From: a virus | Length of the DNA: 45,341 bases | Reading direction: 5' to 3' (one strand) | IMG/VR virus record: IMGVR_UViG_3300045988_049297 | Part shown: positions 40,601 to 45,341 of the stretch, piece after piece | Numbering within the stretch: position 1 is the stretch's first letter | How the letters are laid out: every line of letters begins with the position of its first letter | The notes under the pieces: generated by a model | Databases searched by the model: none | What the model was told of the DNA's origin: nothing | The model's input: the letters and a program-made list of their open reading frames with translations, nothing else | Position numbers and translations under genes: made by a program

Positions 40601-40625
40601 CTCACCTTTATCACCTTTATCACCT
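40601..40625. repeat. Three tandem 9-bp iterons (TCACCTTTA x2 + TCACCT)
   Basis: TCACCT at 40602, 40611 and 40620, with exact 9-bp phasing. Overlaps the stop codon of the XRE-family gene. Confidence 0.9.
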
Positions 40626-40845
40626 AACGGCGGCGTCCGATATATTCATCAATGCTAATCCGCAATGCGTCCGCAAGCAGCTCGATAGTATCAATTCGCC
40701 CATTTCGCGCTGTGCCACGTTCCAGTGCGTAGATCGTGGTTGCGGGCACACCTGAAATCCGCGACAGTTGTGTTGCTGACATCTTAGCCCTATTACGTGC
40801 TTTACGCATACTCTCGCCCTTTGTCATTACCATTTTGTGCTTCAC
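40624..40845 (-). CDS. XRE-family HTH transcriptional regulator
   Basis: MSATQLSRISGVPATTIYALERG is a canonical Cro/CI-type HTH. The start is uncertain (GTG 40845, or ATG 40809 giving MRKARNRAKMSATQ..). Confidence 0.8.
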   Translation of the reverse strand: MKHKMVMTKGESMRKARNRAKMSATQLSRISGVPATTIYALERGTARNGRIDTIELLADALRISIDEYIGRRR

Positions 40846-41147
40846 CCTTTCGGAACAAGATGAATATCTTTGTCTACACGTTTTCTTGTGTCGGCATCAT
40901 CCAGCTTGCAATCTCCCATGATTTCATGCACGGCATCATGCAGAACGGACAGTCTTCGTGCATCTTCTTCGACGGAAATAGACTTGATGTATTCAACAAT
41001 CAGCTTCGCGTCATTAAGTGTCCAATGCGGGATTCGTCCATTGCCAAACAGCCGCCTCCCAATGGCATTAACCGTTGCCGGTGAAAGCCCAAGCTCGTAA
41101 GCGATTTCTGCGTTTGTATAAATAACTTCACCTTTTGCGTTAATCAT
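40842..41147 (-). CDS. HTH DNA-binding protein (candidate late-gene or switch regulator)
   Basis: N-terminal HTH-like TNAEIAYELGLSPATVNAIGRRL. 101 aa. Preceded by a 220-nt intergenic region. Confidence 0.55.
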   Translation of the reverse strand: MINAKGEVIYTNAEIAYELGLSPATVNAIGRRLFGNGRIPHWTLNDAKLIVEYIKSISVEEDARRLSVLHDAVHEIMGDCKLDDADTRKRVDKDIHLVPKG

Positions 41148-41367
41148 TTTCTTTCCTTTCTCCGTGCTTCATCAGCGTTCTTCATGTAGATAACCATCGC
41201 ACATCGCAAAATTCTTTATATATTGGCTTTTCTCGCCAATAATACATCTCGAAGCTGACTTGCTTGACAAACTACACACACGATGCCAACCGTTTTCGGA
41301 CAGGATGGCGCGTGCGTTAATACAAGTATCACAAAGCATTATTTTCGCACCCCCGCCCGCGTCTCAG

Positions 41368-41814
41368 TCAGCACCCCCCCGCATCTTTCGGCTTAAAAAT
41401 CACGACCATGTTCGGGAACGGCGCGCTGTTTTTGCTGCCGCCGAATTTCAGTCGCCCACGCACGAACCGTGTCTCGACGTTCGGCTGCTTATAGATATAC
41501 GTGTGGAACCATCGCGTGTCCGTCCGCGCGGGCAGCAGCATGACGATGGTGTTGTTATTCACGGCGTTCTCGTAGCTGGCCTTTTGCACCCACTTGTCGA
41601 TCTTCCGACCGTATGGTGGGTTGCACCACACCGCGCCCGTCCAGGGCTGTTTCAGTCCATCCTGCTCTCGCGTATAGTAACGGGGGCATTTGTGGTTTTG
41701 TGCGTCTGCGGCGGCATCCAGCGTAAAGCCGAATTCCGCGTCAAGCATGTCAAAAAAGTCCTGTGGGGTCTCCCACAAATCAGTTTTGCTGGAAAACAAA
41801 ACGTCTTTATTCAT
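41368..41814 (-). CDS. Phage-type DNA N6-adenine methyltransferase (Dam-like)
   Basis: LWETPQDFFDMLDAEFGFTLDAAA and the catalytic NPPYG (VWCNPPYGRKI) are typical of the phage Dam family. ATG 41814 is preferred. Confidence 0.85.
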   Translation of the reverse strand: MNKDVLFSSKTDLWETPQDFFDMLDAEFGFTLDAAADAQNHKCPRYYTREQDGLKQPWTGAVWCNPPYGRKIDKWVQKASYENAVNNNTIVMLLPARTDTRWFHTYIYKQPNVETRFVRGRLKFGGSKNSAPFPNMVVIFKPKDAGGC

Positions 41815-41816
41815 CC

Positions 41817-42140
41817 TCACACCCCCGCGTCCCACCGCGCCTGCTGCATAAACGACAACTGCTGGCGCAGGTCGTCGATCATCCTATCTTTACGCGCGAG
41901 TATCTCTTCATAAATTGCGCAGTTCTTATTCAGTTCCAAAAAATTGGATTCAAATTTAAGGTGCTGGACGTGTTCTTCACGCGCATATTTTAAGAGTATC
42001 TGTACTGCACATCGAGCAGCCGGTGAAAAATCAGTACAAGAGTACGGCCGATCCAAAAGCTCCTGTACGTTTTTGATTTCTTCTGCATCCGGCGTAAATT
42101 CAAACTCTTGTGTGTAGTTTCCCCATTTTTCGTTACCCAT
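41817..42140 (-). CDS. Hypothetical protein (107 aa)
   Basis: GGAAAGG RBS before ATG 42140. No family recognised. Confidence 0.5.
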   Translation of the reverse strand: MGNEKWGNYTQEFEFTPDAEEIKNVQELLDRPYSCTDFSPAARCAVQILLKYAREEHVQHLKFESNFLELNKNCAIYEEILARKDRMIDDLRQQLSFMQQARWDAGV

Positions 42141-42318
42141 AACACCTTTCCTTCCTTTCAAAGTTGTGGAGGGAGATCATCTTTTCACGGGTGAGTTTGT
42201 CAACCACTCGACCGATCTCAGAGTAGCCGCAGACCGCCGCCAGCCGTTCAAGGTTGCCCTTGGTCTGTGCCGTGACTACGATGGAAATACGGCGAAGGTT
42301 CTTTTTCTCAGTTTTCAT
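42133..42318 (-). CDS. Ribbon-helix-helix (CopG/Arc-like) protein candidate (61 aa)
   Basis: GGAGG RBS before ATG 42318. RISIVVTAQTKGNLERLAAVCGYSEIGRVVDKLTRE has a strand-helix-helix layout. Confidence 0.5.
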   Translation of the reverse strand: MKTEKKNLRRISIVVTAQTKGNLERLAAVCGYSEIGRVVDKLTREKMISLHNFERKERCYG

Positions 42319-42613
42319 CACTTTCCTCCGTGAACACGGTTCCCTCGAACCCTTCCGCTCTGCCGAGAAGTCTCCACAGCCCTTCTTCCTGTTCACCACA
42401 GCAGGGACAGGACTTGGCGGCGATTTTTCCGAGCTTCTGAGGAAAGTCCTCGTCTTCCTCAACATACAGAAGGTGTTCACATTTACGGCACATGAAGACG
42501 GTGAACATTGAGGGTAGTGGGATAGGCCGCTTTCGTCCACAACGATGACAGACCCACTCGTGCTTCCAGTCTTCACGAGTCATTTCATTGCCACATACAC
42601 ACTTTTTACTCAT
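42308..42613 (-). CDS. Zn-ribbon protein (101 aa, four CxxC-type pairs)
   Basis: GGAGG RBS before ATG 42613. CVCG..CHRCG..CRKC..CPCCG. Confidence 0.55.
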   Translation of the reverse strand: MSKKCVCGNEMTREDWKHEWVCHRCGRKRPIPLPSMFTVFMCRKCEHLLYVEEDEDFPQKLGKIAAKSCPCCGEQEEGLWRLLGRAEGFEGTVFTEESDEN

Positions 42614-42803
42614 GTTTATCCTCCATTCGGTCACAATCGTCAGAGATTGCACAATCCTTGCAACCCTCGTAGTAGAAACAGTCCCGGCAACAGGAAATGA
42701 CAGGCATACACCGCTCAGCGTATTCTTCACGGTTGGCAGCGGGGCAAGTGCCATCAACGCAGGCAACACCCACATAATCGGAACAGTATTCAGGTTTCAT
42801 CAT
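42606..42803 (-). CDS. Small Cys-rich protein (65 aa, 10 Cys)
   Basis: MMKPEYCSDYVGVACVDGTCPAANREEYAERCMPVISCCRDCFYYEGCKDCAISDDCD.. No family recognised. Confidence 0.5.
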   Translation of the reverse strand: MMKPEYCSDYVGVACVDGTCPAANREEYAERCMPVISCCRDCFYYEGCKDCAISDDCDRMEDKHE

Positions 42804-43155
42804 CGCTGTCCCCTTCTGTCAAAGCTCTTGCGAGATCGTCAATCATCTGGTGCATGACTCTATCGCCAATATCATCTTCGTTCTGACACCAGAAGGAGAA
42901 TTTCAGGTGTAGCAGCTCATGCACCAGCGTCTTTTCAAAATTGAACGGCACAATGCGGTCGCCGTAGCAGGCAGGGTTGATGATCTCAATACGAGCGATC
43001 TTAATTGCTTCTGACCACTCGGTACAGCCTGCGGTATTACGCACCATCATTTCTTCGGGGTGAAGGTGGGTCAACAGCTTTATCCGCCACTCCTGCAAGC
43101 AGAGTTTCTGTTTCCACTTTTCCAGCAGGGCGAGTTCATCATTGGTGGCAATCAT
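42790..43155 (-). CDS. Putative HExxH metallopeptidase-like protein (121 aa)
   Basis: TLVHELLHL zincin-type motif. ATGA overlap with the upstream gene. Confidence 0.45.
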   Translation of the reverse strand: MIATNDELALLEKWKQKLCLQEWRIKLLTHLHPEEMMVRNTAGCTEWSEAIKIARIEIINPACYGDRIVPFNFEKTLVHELLHLKFSFWCQNEDDIGDRVMHQMIDDLARALTEGDSDDET

Positions 43156-43316
43156 ACTGTCACCTCTTGTTTACGAGGGAGCTTCACGGTGTTACCATCT
43201 TTCAGATCATCAGTGCCGAGTTGATAGGACACCAACTGCATACCGTGAGCCGTGACCTCTACACCATTGAAGAACCCCGCAATAATGCCATCGGGAATAT
43301 CAAGAGTAATTTTCAT
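43152..43316 (-). CDS. Small hypothetical protein (54 aa)
   Basis: Begins MKITLDIPDG at ATG 43316 (TAATG overlap with the upstream stop). Confidence 0.45.
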   Translation of the reverse strand: MKITLDIPDGIIAGFFNGVEVTAHGMQLVSYQLGTDDLKDGNTVKLPRKQEVTV

Positions 43317-43492
43317 TACGAACGCTCCTTCACAATGCGGATTTTTCTCAGGCGCTTGCCGCACCGCTTACAGACTTCATAATTGCTCTGCCAACGATGA
43401 GAACCATTACGGTACTTGACCTGAATGTGAACATACGGGTCTACCGAGTGAATACCGAAGCGGCAGAGGATAGAGTTACATGAACGGTTCAT
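43316..43492 (-). CDS. Small Zn-finger-like protein (58 aa)
   Basis: MNRSCNSILCRFGIH..CKRCG. TAATG overlap with the helicase stop. Confidence 0.45.
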   Translation of the reverse strand: MNRSCNSILCRFGIHSVDPYVHIQVKYRNGSHRWQSNYEVCKRCGKRLRKIRIVKERS

Positions 43493-45000
43493 TAGGACGC
43501 TCCTTTCAGTCTGAGGTTCTTGTAGACGGGGTAGCCCTGATACACGACCTTGCCGCCGTGCCACTCAGGGTGCGTTTCCATGTCGGCATTGAACCGCTTG
43601 GCAGAACAGGCAAAGTACCCGTTGGACTTGCACCAAATCTTGTATGCGTCAAACAGAGACTTCGAGCGGGTGTTGACCCCCTCAGCTTGCTCACAGCGTT
43701 CTTCGAGGAACTGCAAGCACAGATCGTTGTCACGCTCGTACTGGTTGACTACCTTCCGCATGGCGGGGGACATTTTCAGACCGAACCGCTTGTACTTGAA
43801 GTATCCGGCGACCAGCCAAGCGAAAATGCCCTGCATAGCTTCCTGTGTCTGGAACTCATTTTTCAGGTTCTTGTCCTGCTCCGCTTCGGTGAAGTGGCGG
43901 TTAAACTCAATGACCCGTACACGGTCGGAAGCGAACAGGGACTTATCGCTGACGGTGGGAAGATCGTTACAGGAAAGCCAAAGGGTGAACTGCGGCAGGA
44001 AGGTCGTGGCAGTCTCATAGAGGTTCCGAGCCTTGATTTCCTCGCCGCCTGTGAGCTGCTTGATCGTTTCCTCGTCCAGCTTGCCATACTGGTTGCTCTC
44101 TGCCATCGTGACGAACCGCTTGCCTTTCAGGGAAGCCAGCATGGGGTTCGCTGCTTCGGCGTTCTTCGACCGTTCTGCCTTGCAGATGATTGACACGGGG
44201 GACACGGACGCATAGTCACCGAGAAGGTGGTGAATTGCCGAGAGCATGGTGGACTTACCGTTGCGAGTGGTCTTGCCGTGGAGAATGAACATACATTCCT
44301 CGTTCGCCATACCCAGCATGGAGTACCCCAGCGCCTTTTGAAGATAATCAGCCTTGTCTTCGTCATTACAAGTGACTTCCGCAACAAACTTCTCCCAGCG
44401 GCGGCACCGTGCGTCCTGCAAGGTGTAGTTGAAGTTGGTCTGCATAGTCAGGAAGTCTTTCCAATCATGTTCCCGGAACTCCATTTTTTCGAGGTCGAAA
44501 GTGCCGTTCTTGCAGTTGATAAGGTAGGGGTTTGCGTCAAACTCCGCCGAAGCGATAGGAAGCACACTGGCAGCGTCCTTCATCAGCCGATCACGGAAGC
44601 GCCGGTCGCCCATCTTCACGATGAACTTCATGTACTCGGAACGCCGTTCTTCGTTGGCAATCTCACCGCAGTAGAGAGCCATCAGGCGGCAGAACTCTTT
44701 GATCTTTTCCGCTACCAGCAGAGAACCCGTGTCCTTGCGCCATGCGCCCTCGGAGTAGGTGAACCAGCTTTTCGCTTCGGGGCAGTAGCGGGTATCATTC
44801 TTGTAGCACTCGGAGAACAGCTCCGCCATGCCGGACTCGTCCCACGAATACCCCGTGCCGCTGATCGGGTGGCTATGCTCAGGCTGTGCTTCCTTAATCT
44901 GAAACATCACTCTGGACTGAGCTTCGTCCATGATGTAGCGACCGTTGGAGAGCTGAAAAAGAGCCTGTTCTTCGGGGGCGGTCATAATTTCATCAGCCAT
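43492..45000 (-). CDS. D5_N / P4-family SF3 replicative helicase (primase C-terminal-type)
   Basis: D5_N-like ANPYLINCKNGTFDL, Walker A HGKTTRNGKST, Walker B-like RFVTMAES, SCNDLP. C-terminal winged-helix-like KSLFDAYKIWCKSNGY. AAGAGG RBS before ATG 45000. Confidence 0.85.
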   Translation of the reverse strand: MADEIMTAPEEQALFQLSNGRYIMDEAQSRVMFQIKEAQPEHSHPISGTGYSWDESGMAELFSECYKNDTRYCPEAKSWFTYSEGAWRKDTGSLLVAEKIKEFCRLMALYCGEIANEERRSEYMKFIVKMGDRRFRDRLMKDAASVLPIASAEFDANPYLINCKNGTFDLEKMEFREHDWKDFLTMQTNFNYTLQDARCRRWEKFVAEVTCNDEDKADYLQKALGYSMLGMANEECMFILHGKTTRNGKSTMLSAIHHLLGDYASVSPVSIICKAERSKNAEAANPMLASLKGKRFVTMAESNQYGKLDEETIKQLTGGEEIKARNLYETATTFLPQFTLWLSCNDLPTVSDKSLFASDRVRVIEFNRHFTEAEQDKNLKNEFQTQEAMQGIFAWLVAGYFKYKRFGLKMSPAMRKVVNQYERDNDLCLQFLEERCEQAEGVNTRSKSLFDAYKIWCKSNGYFACSAKRFNADMETHPEWHGGKVVYQGYPVYKNLRLKGAS

Positions 45001-45328
45001 TTTTAACACCTCTTTTCATCTTTGGCGGCTTCGGTAAAGGTGTCCAAGCTAAGACCTTTACTTTCTGCCCTTGTGCCACCTCACCACCCCAATTTCCGTT
45101 GAACTGGTATCCGATACCGAAGGCCTGATACATTTGGTTATACTCTCCGAAACGGAAATACTCGTACCAGCAAAGTACATTTTCGCCATTCGGAGGTAAT
45201 GCTTCATTTGCCAAAGTCCAAGTTACAGGAATGGTTTCCACGATAGGTATTTTTTTTATAGCGAGAAATGCCGTAGGAATATCTCGGACAGCATTTAAGG
45301 CGGTAGTTAGATTGATATATCGACCCAT
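44993..45328 (-). CDS. DUF551-like protein (111 aa)
   Basis: W-x-x-x-x-E-x-LPP-x-G-x-x-VL pattern (WTLANEALPPNGENVLCWY) as in DUF551 phage proteins. Its start lies inside the terminal repeat. Confidence 0.5.
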   Translation of the reverse strand: MGRYINLTTALNAVRDIPTAFLAIKKIPIVETIPVTWTLANEALPPNGENVLCWYEYFRFGEYNQMYQAFGIGYQFNGNWGGEVAQGQKVKVLAWTPLPKPPKMKRGVKNG

Positions 45329-45341
45329 ATATTCTTACTTC
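45249..45341. repeat. Terminal direct repeat, copy 2
   Basis: Identical to 1..93. Confidence 0.95.

Noticed and set aside
40433-40625. AGGTGATAA units as DnaA boxes
   Set aside because: They match the TTATCCACA/TGTGGATAA consensus at only about 6 of 9 positions, so host DnaA is not a supported reading. A phage-encoded binder is more likely.
41217-41245. Hairpin TATTGGC-N7-GCCAATA in the 41148..41367 intergenic region as a terminator or operator
   Set aside because: It has a short AT-rich stem and no clear T-run or adjacent -35/-10 that I could phase convincingly. Left uncalled.
1-45341. tRNA, rRNA or tmRNA genes
   Set aside because: I saw no cloverleaf-like or T-loop (GGTTCGAATCC-type) sequences in the intergenic regions. 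I scanned by eye only, so a dedicated tRNA scan could still find one.

Overview
The window is one self-closing 45,248-bp replicon. Bases 1..93 are identical to 45249..45341, so it reads as a complete temperate siphovirus-like phage genome. The host looks Firmicutes/Clostridia-like, judged from GGAGG-type RBSs, a large serine integrase, an Amidase_2 endolysin and a SleB-like hydrolase; this is inference only.

Nearly all genes are on the minus strand and appear to be read from a single operator-controlled promoter at 14361..14389. Only the CI/LexA-like repressor (14448..15077) and the large serine integrase (15079..16743) are on the plus strand.

Modules, in minus-strand transcription order:
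- Cro-like switch genes.
- Recombination/replication genes (RecU-like, SF2 helicase, C5-MTase, PolB, ERF, YqaJ exonuclease).
- Nucleotide-pool genes (DUF1599-like, MazG, HD, HAD, ThyX).
- SleB-like hydrolase, AEP prim-pol and a MazF-like toxin. Transcription then crosses the contig junction.
- SF3/D5 helicase, a block of small Cys-rich/Zn-ribbon proteins and a Dam-like MTase.
- Two HTH regulators, then terS.
- A 3.4-kb AT-richer accessory island, then terL and portal.
- Scaffold, capsid, connectors, tail, tape measure and baseplate/fibres.
- Amidase and holin.

I saw no tRNA, rRNA or CRISPR by eye.

Most unusual features:
1. A ~109-bp nested palindrome built from 9-bp-phased AGGTGA iterons occurs twice in direct orientation (16767..16875 and 40433..40541), bracketing the whole late region.
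2. A dense array of 11 AGTCG-core heptamers lies just 3' of terS, with 2 more just 5' of it.
3. terS and terL are split by an island carrying its own promoters and terminators and a truncated serine recombinase.
4. A MazF/EndoA-like toxin has no adjacent antitoxin.
5. A fibre-region protein carries an intact CX5R phosphatase domain.
6. A C5-methyltransferase reading frame is broken at a G7 tract.

All family assignments come from motif recognition by eye. No searches were run.
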